Assembly: GCA_946965045.2 (NCBI GenBank)
Contig: OX337230.1
Location: 2,790,001 to 2,854,000, forward strand
DNA: 64,000 nucleotides
Origin: Epithemia pelagica
Lineage: Eukaryota; Protista; Bacillariophyta
Direction of reading: 5' to 3'
How positions within the stretch are numbered: position 1 is the stretch's first letter; each line of letters starts with the position of its first letter. The translations under genes were made by a program, and so were the position numbers. The notes under the pieces were generated by a model, which had not been told where the DNA came from, did no database searches, and saw only the letters and a list, made by a program, of their open reading frames with translations. Positions 29,729 to 40,917 of the stretch are shown here, one piece after another.

Positions 29729-30828
29729 TTAAAACCTGAGGATCTGATCAATCATTCCTTGTGCTTGCCTTAAATACATGCCACCAAACAAAACTTCATG
29801 ATTCAGTATGTGATAAAGATTATAGACTGTCTTTCTTTGCTCATGCCCTGGTGGAAGAGGCCATTCTGCCTCATACCCTTCATAGAAATCACCATTGAAT
29901 CCACCAAACACGTATGTCATGGCGATATCTACCTCCCTATCTCCACTATCAAGTTTCAATCAAATGAATGGTAAGAGGCAAACAGAGCCGATCAAGCTAA
30001 GCATCACCAGAATCGTCCCCAAACTTACTAGTACGTTGCAGGATCAAATATAACAGGCACCACTTTGTCTCCATCTTTGCAAAATCCCTTATTTCCACCC
30101 CATAAGTCTCCGTGGACCAAGCTGGGTTGAGGTTTGTGCGAAAGCAACTCTCTCGTCTTTTTTCGTAGTTCCTCTATTTTCGTCTCTCCAAGTCCAGCAT
30201 TTCCTGTTAGTCGAAGCATATGTCCAAGTCTGTGAGTATCCCAAAAGTCAGCCCAATCTTCCATCCACGAATTGGGCTGAGGCGTTGCGCCACATGTGTT
30301 GTCCACATGAAAACCAAACCCAATGTCGCTGACCGAACGATGCATTTGCGCCAATTTCTGACCCAGTTCGTACTGTGATCCAGAACCCTTAAACTCCAGG
30401 TATTCAAAGATCACAAACGCCTTGTTTTTGAATTCACCAAACGCAATGGGTTGGGGAACACGGATAGTATGTGTTTCAAACATTTCTTTCACTCCCAAAT
30501 ACTCTGCTCGCAACATATCCCTTGCTCCACCGGCAGATTTAACAAAGAACCTCTTCCCCTCCTTGTCTTTGACAGCGGAAGTCGAGGCACCACCTCCACC
30601 CGAATACCCGCCCCCAGATGCGGCCTCAAGTTCAATAGTCTTTCCCAAAGCCTCGGAGGCAGCTTTGGACAGAGCGTCCATATAAGTCTCTGTCGACGAT
30701 GACGACATGTGCAACAGGAACTTTTTCGATGGACTCTCAAAACCTCTGTGTGGTGCGAATGCAGTCGTTCGGCAGACGAGCATAAAAAGAGCAACCAGAA
30801 ACGAATATTGTCGTGTGCTTGAAAGCAT
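29729..30828 (-). CDS. Fructosamine/ketosamine-3-kinase family, probably plastid-targeted (intron 29946-30028)
   Basis: LVHGDLWGGN, FDPATYYGDREVDIAM, YNLYHILNH. N-terminal signal ending in TTAFAP. Confidence 0.88.
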
Positions 30829-31326
30829 GACGGAAGCTTGATCCTGAGACAACGTCAAAAGCTCTCTTCTGACTTCTGACGTGAACGCAGTGAGAATCCC
30901 TGAAATTGGCGACAGAAAAGATCGCGATAATAGATGTGGTGGAGGTGGAGGAGGTCCTTCAAATAATGCGCGACTGACCTTTGTGAGAATGACGCCAGTT
31001 AGATGGATAAGTAGGTAGTAGGTAGAGCAATGATAGATCAATGACAATCGGGAGATGTACGTAGACAAAGTTATGGGATCAGTGATAGTTGATTCTGATG
31101 TATGGAAAGACAGCTATGATTCACTATTCTCCCTTACGCGCGGTGTTAAAATATTCATAGACTGAAGTTTTCCGGGGCAAATCTTGCTGCTCCCATGCGC
31201 TGCATAACAATGACAATACGGGTTCACCTGATTCATAGGTCCACTTTGAGGGTTCGGGGAGATAGGAACCAATTGTACAGCTATAGCAATAATGAAATAT
31301 GAACGAGATGACAACCTTCAAGAAGT

Positions 31327-32760
31327 TCAAACCTCGTCATATTTCTGAAGAAGCTCACGGAAATACGTACATTGGCTTTGTTGTTCCCAGAAATGATGAT
31401 GTAAAACGCTCTCTTCAGGGTACAGGGACACGAACACTAGATCGTCGTCCACTCGTAGCTCCCAACCCTTGACCGTCCGCTTGGCAACTTGATTCAACAA
31501 AACATGAAGTTTGTCGCTAGTTACCGTTTGCGATCCCTCAAAAAGCTTTTGTAACCGTTCTCGCTTTATGAATCCCTTGGTTTGAAGGATAAGCAAGATA
31601 AAGGTTCGAGCATGCTGCAAGGGACGAGGCAAAGCTACGAAACGAGAATGCAAACAAAAATTCCCTCGCACCATGACGGCACACACCGCCAGTGCCTGAA
31701 ACAAGATGTCGTCATTCAGCTCACCATTTTTACTTCCTACGAAGCGATCCTTCAGTACGGTGAAGGGAATGGGCCATCCATTTCTCAACAAGGCGACAAG
31801 GCGGATCAAGACGGATTTGACATTTGTTGTATCAACTATCGCACCCACGTCGTAGGGATCCTGTCGACTCAGAGGTATGTAGTTGAGGGATTCAATGTAT
31901 TGAGGTCTTTTCCCACCCGTTTTTGAAAGATCAGGAGACGCCAAAACAAGTTGATTGGGAGAATCACAGGAAACAATATCCATTGCGCCATGGTGCTCCA
32001 TGGAATCCTCGTCAAATATATTCAACGGCTGCCACTCTTCAGCATCCTCACTGGCCTTTTTGTACGCATAGCTCGATTTTCGGGCATGTGTCGCACGCTC
32101 CGATTCTTTGCGTTTGAACATGAGTGGCTTCTTTTCTCCGTCACCGTCAGGATTGTCGATTTCCACTGGCTTGTCAACTTCCCTACTGTTTTGGTCGGCG
32201 TCAATGTGTTGTAAACTTGGTCTCATTTGAATAATATGCTGCAACGGAATCATATGAAGAGCTGTTCTTTCCGAGCTTTCATCATTAGATGCCCCTTTTT
32301 CCTCCTTGATCTTGGCTAAACACATGTGTGTCTCCACAGGTATCGTATGAGATCGAAACGTGCGCTGGGTCACATAAGCCAGACTTTGTTCACCCATTTC
32401 AAAGTGTCGTTTCGGCAAATGGGGTAGCGGCTGGTCCAGTTCGACCATTCCATGACGAACTTTAATTCTGGCCCCAGTTAATGGCCCAACTTCGGTATGC
32501 TGAAGAGGATATTGGAAAAGATACAGCTGCTGACAGAGCTCCGGCGATAAGAAGACATTAATCTCTCGAACAACTGGATCGTCCGCAGGTGAGCCCTTGT
32601 CATCTTCAAACGTTTTAGCTGGGAAAGATGCACTGTTACTTGGAATTTCTTCAGGTACATCCTCTGTCTTAACTTTTACTGGCATGGTCGTTTGACGATG
32701 GACATAACACTCCACGGTGCATGGATTTGCGGATTGTCGGATTCTAGGAAGACCATCCAA
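31327..32760 (-). CDS. POLR3E: RNA polymerase III subunit RPC5 (Sin-like); start may be the internal MPVKVK
   Basis: DDPVVREINVFLS...LYLFQYP...LHMIPLQHIIQMRPSLQHID. Confidence 0.8.
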   Translation of the reverse strand: MDGLPRIRQSANPCTVECYVHRQTTMPVKVKTEDVPEEIPSNSASFPAKTFEDDKGSPADDPVVREINVFLSPELCQQLYLFQYPLQHTEVGPLTGARIKVRHGMVELDQPLPHLPKRHFEMGEQSLAYVTQRTFRSHTIPVETHMCLAKIKEEKGASNDESSERTALHMIPLQHIIQMRPSLQHIDADQNSREVDKPVEIDNPDGDGEKKPLMFKRKESERATHARKSSYAYKKASEDAEEWQPLNIFDEDSMEHHGAMDIVSCDSPNQLVLASPDLSKTGGKRPQYIESLNYIPLSRQDPYDVGAIVDTTNVKSVLIRLVALLRNGWPIPFTVLKDRFVGSKNGELNDDILFQALAVCAVMVRGNFCLHSRFVALPRPLQHARTFILLILQTKGFIKRERLQKLFEGSQTVTSDKLHVLLNQVAKRTVKGWELRVDDDLVFVSLYPEESVLHHHFWEQQSQCTYFRELLQKYDEV

Positions 32761-33100
32761 AATCCAAATCCAACTGTCTAATTGAACGACGTCAAAACGT
32801 CACCTATATCATCTACTTCAGTACAAGTATAGGATAAAGAGTGCTCATGTCAAACTGACAGATGTCCAATTGACACAAAGGAACAAACTGTCACTACTAG
32901 AGGCTACCTCCTACTCCTATCCCCGCTAGCAAGACTAACTTTCACATTCACCCTCTCTACGAGTAGGTGGCAGGTGCAATCCTCTAAACTCTAAACCCAT
33001 ACATATGCGATCGCATGCATGAGAAGTGCTACAGACGAGGAATAGAAGGAAGCAATCTGTTGGATCTTGGATCTAGAATATGCACGATGAGGTCAAACGA

Positions 33101-33559
33101 TTAGCTCGCCAGAGTTCCACGTCCTTTCTTGCAGGGGACGGGTTTTGTGATACCCTTTGCACGTCGGTTTGCCTGATATACCTTAGTGTATTTTCCCAAC
33201 ATGGCCGCTTTCAAATCACGACGGTAAAACACATCGGTTGTTTGCTTCGTTAAGAGCTTTTCGGTACGACGGAAATCCTTGTTGATGTTGGTAGAAACTT
33301 TGGCACCCTTAGGCTTGTCATGGCACTTCGAAGCAGTTTTCGTAATAAGCGCAGCTCGATTTTCTCCTGTACACACAACATCGATCGTCTTGGAATTGGC
33401 CAATCCACTGTACTTGAGCATATTCAATGACTTGAGGTTCCCCTTCTCCACACTGAATTCGACGGCACCACTGCGCTTCGTGTTGCCATTCTTCTTCCTC
33501 AAGAAAGAATTATTCTTCCGCACACATTCCCATACTAGTTGATCGGGGACGAACACCAT
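33101..33559 (-). CDS. RPL28: 60S ribosomal protein eL28
   Basis: PDQLVWECVRKNNSFLRK...NLKSLNMLKYSGLAN. Confidence 0.92.
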   Translation of the reverse strand: MVFVPDQLVWECVRKNNSFLRKKNGNTKRSGAVEFSVEKGNLKSLNMLKYSGLANSKTIDVVCTGENRAALITKTASKCHDKPKGAKVSTNINKDFRRTEKLLTKQTTDVFYRRDLKAAMLGKYTKVYQANRRAKGITKPVPCKKGRGTLAS

Positions 33560-33772
33560 GTTTAATTGTTGGTCGACGAAGTAAGGAAAGGATGTCAGTA
33601 ATCCACAGATCTAGGACTTGCCACCACTCTTACCCGTGGTACGCTCTGTGCGCAAGTTCTACCATTTACCGCGCGAGCTCCAAAAAAAATAGTTTTGCGG
33701 TAAGAGGTAAACCACAGAAAACCACGCGACAACAAAATCCGACAATCGACACCGTCGAAGAGGACAACAAAG

Positions 33773-34478
33773 ATGGGTTGCTACAAGTATATGGAAGAGC
33801 TTTGGCGTCACAAGCAGAGTGATGCTTTGCGTTTCTTGATGCGCGTGCGAGCTTGGGAGTATCGTCAACGCCCCAACTTGTGCAAAGTCAACCGACCTTC
33901 TCGTACCGACAAGGCTCACCACTTGGGATATAAGGCCAAACAAGGTTACGTGGTTGTGCGTGCTGGAGTCCGTCGTGGCGGCCGTAAGCGCCAGAACCAT
34001 CGTGGTATGGTTTTCGGTAAACCTAAGTAAGTTATGCGAGAATTGCCAAGGATTCGGATTTCACTGTATCGATACCGTAGACTGTTCTAACTTCCCTTGC
34101 GATTACGATTACAGGCATCAAGGTATCAACCAGTTGAAGTTCGAACGCAACTTGAGAAGCTTGGCGGAGGAGAAGGTTGGACGCCGCTTTACGAACCTTC
34201 GTGTGTTGAACTCGTACTGGGTCAATCAGGATGCCACAATGAAATATTATGAAGTAATCTGCGTTGACCCCCAACATACCAAGATCAGAAACGATCCGCA
34301 AATCAACTGGATCGTCAACCCTGTCCACAAACACCGAGAACTACGTGGTCTCACGAGTGCTGGACGCAAGGGACGTGGATTGCGCAAAAAGGGACACCGT
34401 GCCAACAACATCAAGGGAGGAAGTTACCGCGCCGCCTGGCTCAATCGCAACACTATGCGACTCAAACGCTATCGTTAG
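33773..34478 (+). CDS. RPL15: 60S ribosomal protein eL15, 2 exons (intron 34027-34114), 205 aa
   Basis: [17 protein letters not shown]...[12 protein letters not shown]...[12 protein letters not shown]. Confidence 0.97.
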
Positions 34479-35396
34479 TCTATTGTTTGCGAGGTATCAT
34501 ATGGAGGTTATACGGTTCTGGACACTGTGCGTCCGTTTCTTAAATTTATTTCCATCCCAAGTACGAAAAGTATGTCTTTCCTTGTCTTGAGTTGCGACCA
34601 CTTCGTGTATCATCAAACTTCCATTCAACGATGGTCTGTCTGTGCTTGTCCGTAGCATGACGATTGAATGAGAGCATCCAGATGACATCACCGGCCGTAT
34701 CTGAGTGTCTCGCCAACAATACGGATGAGCAAGCGATTCTCATGGTCGCATAGAGCGATGCCCATTCCGGTTTCCGGTACCACCCACCAAGCCGCACCAT
34801 GCACCATCATTCCCGTGGAGAGCAAATCGCTCTTAGATCGCTTATTACGACAGTACACGGAGTGAGACATCGAAACACGACATTTCTGGCCAATTGTGAC
34901 CCATGAAGACATAAATGATTTCTCCATCCGCATGGAGTCGCACGAAACGAGCTACTTCTCAGCGGCTTCGTTTGTAGCTCGTTACTAAAAAGTCAATGGT
35001 TTTTGGCACCGTTGCCGTCAGAAATTTTGTTCTTGCCGACGACACGAACGGCTCACGTAGAAATCTCGCCACCCATGATTCCCCCCCTTCCGACAAACGC
35101 GCCATCGTTCGATTGGTATTTTATGGCTGAATGTGTGTAAGACAAAAAGCTCAAGGGCTCATTGAAATATACCCACGGCAATCCATTGGCTTCGAATAGG
35201 ACGGCCGTAACGTGGGGACTCTTGATTTGAAAGATTGGGATAGTCAATCTTCAGAGAAGTACAAAATCCTTGTGAGGTTCCATCCTCTTCCGTCGAAGTT
35301 TTGTGAAGCTATTCGTCGGTAGTTGTTTCGGAAGACAAAAGCCTTGGCTCTGGTCTGTTTAACGGTTTGACCAATCATTGTCGAGTTACCTCTACG

Positions 35397-37118
35397 ATGC
35401 CAGGGAGAGAAAGCGATGAAGCTTATGCGCAGAGAATTCTTGCGAAGGCCGACAAATACCTCGAGCAAGTCGATGAGGCCTTCATTTTGAAGCAACGCGG
35501 TCACTCTGAGCGGGCCATGCCTACGTTTCGACCTGAAGAGATTTCCTTGGGACCCGTTTTGGGTACTGGAGGATTTGGCGTCGTGAACGAAATTCTGAAA
35601 TTTACCCTGGATGCAAGCTTGCATGGTTTGGAACAAAACGACCAGAAGGTGGATGGAAGCGACGAAGAAGCAGGCGCTGGAGGCCAAGACGATGACGATG
35701 GGGACCTGAAGGAAGCGCCGATAATGGAAATTGTTGTTGGTGGCCAAGAAAACGATGGCCCCACTGTTGGTTTTGGTGATGACACGGATGAAGACCCCTC
35801 CGGAAAGGAGCAAGTGGTATCAAATCTTGCCTCTGTTAGCGAGAGAGGTGCACACGACTTTCATTACGATGTTACTAAGGCAAGACACTTAATGGAAAAG
35901 CGGGCAATTCGAAGTGGAAAAGCCAGATATGCTTTAAAAAGGCTTCATTCTGATTTGACTGCCTTGGAAAGAGCCAGAGGAATGATTGACCTCGCCGTCG
36001 AAGCCAAGTATTTGTCTATTGTGTGGCATCCAAATATCAGTAAGTTTCACGGAGAATATGCTATCGCAGGTTGCTATGGCCATTTCTCATACGATATTTG
36101 TCTTCCAGTTAAAATGAGAGGGGTGGCGAAAGGGCCCATGGTGGACCAGGATTTCTTCATTATTTTAGATCGACTGATAGAAACTCTTGATAAACGGATG
36201 AATACCTGGTTCACGTTGCACCGAAAATACACGACATCCTTTTGCGATTGTGGTAAAAACAAAAAGGGTCTCGCTGAAATGCAGCTGGAAGCAATGACAA
36301 TCGCCTACGATCTTGCGGCTGCTTTCTTCTACTTACACGAGAATCGGTATGTCTTCAATCAGTGAGTCTTTGCTTTGTTGATGTGCCATCTGAACTAATA
36401 GTGTGCCCTATGTGTCAACTCCTAGACTTGTCTATCGTGACATTAAGCCGGAGAATATCGGGTTCGATATGAGAGGAGATGTGAAAGTGTTTGATTTTGG
36501 TTTATGTAAAAACTTGAGCCCTCAGCTCAAGGCCAAAGGTGGATATGGCTATCGTTTGACCGGTAGAGCAGGGAGTCTTCCCTACATGGTACGTGGGAGC
36601 AACGGGTTTCGCAGTTGGTGCAGGTTACTGGACCCGCTCTTATGCTTGTATTCATTTCCCACAGGCACCTGAGGTGGCGAAGATGCAAGCCTACGATACA
36701 AAGTGTGATGTATTCTCCTTTGCAATCTTGCTGTGGGAAATGCTTTCTTGTAAACCTGCGTTTGATGACTATTCGTCATTGGATTATATGAATAAAGTGG
36801 TAACAGATGAGGAACGTTTACCGATTGACAAAGCGTGGCCACCATTGACGAGGCTGATGATACCCGAGGCATGGGATACCGATCCTCGCAAGCGCCCCGA
36901 TATGAAGGTACGTAGTTGGATGGTGTATGCTGAATACGCCTTGATGTTTTACTCACGTTAAATGGAACCTCTAGAGAATGGCGATTTTGATTCGGGGTGA
37001 CTTAAATGATCTCACGACGGATGACCGCATTCTTCATCGAACAAAACATTTGGCTGCGAGATCACAACATTCGATCAATGAGGAGATCGTTCCACTTTCG
37101 AGCAAGAAGTATAGCTAA
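35397..37118 (+). CDS. Protein kinase (TKL-like), about 5 exons, with an acidic insert in the N-lobe; start uncertain
   Basis: GTGGFG, YALK, YRDIKPEN, VFDFGL, YMAPEVA, DVFSFAILLWE; four GT-AG introns. Confidence 0.85.
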
Positions 37119-37196
37119 GAGTAACTCGTTGGCCATCCAATCGGTCTCTGTTAGGAGCATTTGTAACTAACCGGGTTGTGTGCAGTTTCCGTCATC

Positions 37197-37550
37197 CTAG
37201 TTGTTTATACTCCATGTATATTTGCAGTTTGGGCATTCGTAAAACACAGTCTGCCCCTCATCAACAGATCTCAACTGCACCGTATAATAGCCTACTTCTG
37301 GATGGCCACATCGAACACATGGCTCTTCAATGGTTGCTCGCACAGGCTCATTTGATTTTCGTAGAGCCGCCTGTTCTTCGTCACTTTTGGCCCAAATTGG
37401 TGCCGGTCGCTTCATGGAATAAGTGGTGATACTCGGCAATTCCGCGATTTCGGAGAGATTCGACTTGTAGCCACATACATCGCAATCAATTGCTCCTGTT
37501 GAATCAACCTTCAACGTTGCACGGCAGTTTGGACAAAAAGGCCACTCCAT
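37197..37550 (-). CDS. RPA12: RNA polymerase I subunit RPA12
   Basis: Two zinc ribbons; QLRSVDEGQTVFYEC. Confidence 0.92.
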   Translation of the reverse strand: MEWPFCPNCRATLKVDSTGAIDCDVCGYKSNLSEIAELPSITTYSMKRPAPIWAKSDEEQAALRKSNEPVRATIEEPCVRCGHPEVGYYTVQLRSVDEGQTVFYECPNCKYTWSINN

Positions 37551-37978
37551 GGTGAAAAGTAAAAGTCGCGGATTTCTCCGCAGAAAAAAATTGAGTGGAC
37601 GTCAAAAGATGCGACTGGAAATAGGTCGCACTAAAATTTTTAGCCGTCAGACGTTTCAGACGTTAGAACATTGACTTCGTCATAATGACAAGACTAAAAT
37701 TGAATGTCGTGCTCGTGTTTTCGGCACCTACTACTCCTGCGTGATGTGCGGAGATGGCTACTGTCTCTCCTATACAAGTTTCTTCATTGTCGGTGGAGTG
37801 CGCCAGCCGACCCCTCTCATTAGAGTTTGGATTTCACTACGGGACAGCGAGACCAGCAATGTTGAACGACGAAGCGTTTCGTGTTTCTTCTTGTCCTTGG
37901 TACCTTGCGACAACAAGAAGTCCATTCCTACCTAGCAGGTCTCCACCTCACTTTCAAGCAAAGGACAATCGAAGAAAC

Positions 37979-38662
37979 ATGTCGAATCGAACGACAGGAG
38001 GTACAGGGAAGCCACCGCTTTATAAAATCGTGATGCTGGGTGATTCCGGTGTGGGAAAGACATCATTGGTTGCACGGCTAACGAACCCAGACAGACCTTT
38101 GAATCATGATATTTCTGCCACCATGGGAATTGAATTCGACACGCAAATGCTTGACACACCACAAGGAAAAGTAAAGGCGCAAATTTGGGATACGGCCGGA
38201 CAGGAAAGGTTTGCCCGTGTTCTCCTTCCAACCTATTTCCGAAAAGCAAAAGGTGTCATTCTTGTCTATGATATTTCCAATCTGAAGTCCTTCGAAAGCT
38301 TATCGGAACGCTGGATGGCCCAGCTTCAAGATCACGCTTCTGCTGACGATTTGGCCAAGCTTTTGGTTGGGAACAAGAGTGATTTGGAATCCAGTAGAGA
38401 AGTTCCCAAAGAGAAGGCACTTCAGTTTTGTCAGGAATATGGGATGGAAATGCTTGAGACGTCGGCGAAAAGTGGTGAAAATGTTTTGAAAGCGTTTGAA
38501 AAGCTCATTGGTATTGTGCACGACCGTGCTTTGGCAGCGAATAAGAGTAAGGCTGGTATCAAGGGAATGAATGCGCCGAATGGCAACACACAGACAGGAA
38601 CAGTCAAATTGGAAGACAATTCAGCCCAACAACCAGCAGATGCAAGCAGTTGTGGTTGCTAG
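37979..38662 (+). CDS. Rab-family small GTPase (divergent, Rab11-like switch II)
   Basis: GDSGVGKT, KAQIWDTAGQER, NKSD, ETSAK, C-terminal CGC prenylation motif. Confidence 0.9.
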   Translation: MSNRTTGGTGKPPLYKIVMLGDSGVGKTSLVARLTNPDRPLNHDISATMGIEFDTQMLDTPQGKVKAQIWDTAGQERFARVLLPTYFRKAKGVILVYDISNLKSFESLSERWMAQLQDHASADDLAKLLVGNKSDLESSREVPKEKALQFCQEYGMEMLETSAKSGENVLKAFEKLIGIVHDRALAANKSKAGIKGMNAPNGNTQTGTVKLEDNSAQQPADASSCGC

Positions 38663-39126
38663 TCATCTGAATTGCATCGGACTGTGTGTTTCTGCTCTCT
38701 TTCTCATTAATACGTATATATTCCCAAGTTGTTTTATGATTATTTAATTCGTCTTTTCTGGACATGTCTTTTCTGGTTTTCTACTTCCCATGCTGAGAAG
38801 CGTGGCAGTAAAAGGCAAACTCATGCAACAGCCGCAATATGGTCAACCTGAACCAACAACACGCACCTGAAATTCCATACTATACAGTCCAAAATAAAAT
38901 GACGGGCAGTGCGCCGCAGCTCGCAGTCCAAACTAGATAAAAAATATCGTTGGCATCATATAAGGCATGGAAACCAAAATGCATCAACGGATAGGCGACC
39001 TCTTGAGCCGTAGCAGCATTACCATGCCAGTAATCTTTGAAACTCTGTGAGACAAACTGCCCCTGTCCACAAGAAGGGCCAATGTGATACGGCACATTTA
39101 GAAGAAACGGACCTCAGAAGTCACTT

Positions 39127-40596
39127 TCAAAACATATCGTGGAAATCCACATTTGTGACTTTCCAATGGAACTTAATTCCCCCTGGATGTTGTCCTACAT
39201 TCGAGTTTGATTTTCTTGTGTTCTTTTCTTCTTCCAAGGATTTCTCGTCCGCTTTGGATGTTGGATTTGGGATTGACGACACACTGAGATCCACAATGGC
39301 GAAGTTCCCTCTTGTCCGCAGGGAACCAGGAAACAAGACATTAACGTTCCCACGCTTCTGCAGATGTGGAAGATGATGAGCGGCAGATCCACTGGCTATC
39401 TCCAAGCACAAGAGCTGTTGAACGACTTTGGACTTAACAAAGTCATCACGATCGTCACTTGGAGACGGCCACGGTGAATGTCGCTCAATCGCCCAACTGG
39501 GAGAGCCATTTAAGGGTTCATCCTCTGAGAGATGAACGCTGTACCCATTCTCCATATGACAGTGATCATTATTCTCGTCAACTATGTCTTGAAAATCAAC
39601 GTAGTGCGTTACAAGTATGGACTGAGATAGAGATCGAGCAAAGGGCAATGGATTGTTTGGTGCTGGTGCCAGCTTCAATAGACGTAAGAGAGTGGGGAAA
39701 TAGCCTTTCAGACTGTGTTGAGAATCAATGAGTTGCTCCGTCAATAATTCGACTTCATCTTCGGTCCACCGTGCCCCATCGTCGTCGCTTGAGTCCGAGA
39801 ACTTTCTTCGCCGCGACTTGCGATGTGCCTTGTTACCCACTACAACATGAGTGGAATCCAGGTAGACAAGCCCTGCACATCCCAGTGCAGGTGCCAAGGG
39901 AAGCCACTGTTTATGAATGTTTCGAGAATTTGGAGTGAGACGTTGGTGGTTGGTGAGGGAGTTGTGGTGATGGTGAGGCGCTGCAACCATGGACGTGATT
40001 GGGTCTGAGAATCCAGGACAGTAGACCACACGACAGACAATCGATTCAAGCTGCGAAAGTGCTGCAGTCATCAAGCCTTCAAGTCCTGCTGTCTCCTCTT
40101 TGGTCCTTGAAAATGAAGTTTCCAGTTGGCGTGAAGGTCTTCCTGGAACTGATGAAGAAGAGTGGGAATGCGCACCTGTTCCTTTTGTTACCCTACCCGT
40201 ATTTCCAGCTGCTTGGTTTGCCTTTTCATTGCTGTATTGTTGCTGTTGATGCTGCTGATTGAGTTGCAGACGCCGTTGCATGTGTCGACCAGTCACGTAC
40301 GTCCGAGCATCTTGGTCTCTACCAAATGGTCCACAAGCGATGCAGAGGTCAATTCGACTGGAATCCAGCGATCCTCTTGCAGCATCATTCCCTTGTTGTT
40401 GTTGTTGTAAAAAATATTCTGCAAGTGCTGCGGTGGATGACAGATCCACATCGGCAACCACCAAAATTCGAATGGAAGGAAGGTGGAAGGAAGAAGATGA
40501 GTCTTTTCCTCCCCCATCTTTGTCAAGACTCAACTTGGGCGGCATGTGTGGTAGCTGAAGATTGGCCAGAGCCTGTAAGACTTCTTCATCTTCCAT
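39127..40596 (-). CDS. Hypothetical protein with a degenerate calcineurin-like metallophosphoesterase fold
   Basis: ILVVADVD, DLCIACGPF, VVYCPGFSD, LVTH, FPGSL occur in metallophosphoesterase motif order, but the metal ligands have drifted. Confidence 0.5.
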   Translation of the reverse strand: MEDEEVLQALANLQLPHMPPKLSLDKDGGGKDSSSSFHLPSIRILVVADVDLSSTAALAEYFLQQQQQGNDAARGSLDSSRIDLCIACGPFGRDQDARTYVTGRHMQRRLQLNQQHQQQQYSNEKANQAAGNTGRVTKGTGAHSHSSSSVPGRPSRQLETSFSRTKEETAGLEGLMTAALSQLESIVCRVVYCPGFSDPITSMVAAPHHHHNSLTNHQRLTPNSRNIHKQWLPLAPALGCAGLVYLDSTHVVVGNKAHRKSRRRKFSDSSDDDGARWTEDEVELLTEQLIDSQHSLKGYFPTLLRLLKLAPAPNNPLPFARSLSQSILVTHYVDFQDIVDENNDHCHMENGYSVHLSEDEPLNGSPSWAIERHSPWPSPSDDRDDFVKSKVVQQLLCLEIASGSAAHHLPHLQKRGNVNVLFPGSLRTRGNFAIVDLSVSSIPNPTSKADEKSLEEEKNTRKSNSNVGQHPGGIKFHWKVTNVDFHDMF

Positions 40597-40917
40597 TTCC
40601 CGCTCCAGTGGACGTAATCAAGGCAGATGTTTCCTTCTCTCTCTTGCTTTATCCCGTGAGACGATCGGCCATGAGGGTCATGGAAAACACTGAGCGCTTT
40701 TAGCGCAGGAGAGAAGCGTTACGGTAAATTGCCGTAACAATTTTTTATTTGGTCTCCTCAACCGACAACCGACGGTTTAATGTCAATGTCGGTCCATCAT
40801 GTCGATAATCCGAAAGTTGTTCAACCGACAACCGACACCTTCCACGTGTAGCCAATGGTATCTTTTCTTTCCCTTTTTTTGTCCATCCATTTTCAAAGAT
40901 CTTCTTGTATCGAAAAG

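Noticed and set aside
30829-31068. N-terminal extension of the fructosamine kinase ORF
   Set aside because: It begins at a non-ATG codon; the signal peptide and AFAP motif point to ATG 30828.
31327-37550. Cluster of RNA polymerase and ribosome genes (RPC5, RPL28, RPL15, RPA12) as an operon-like unit
   Set aside because: Mixed strands and an intervening kinase gene; compatible with chance in a gene-dense genome.
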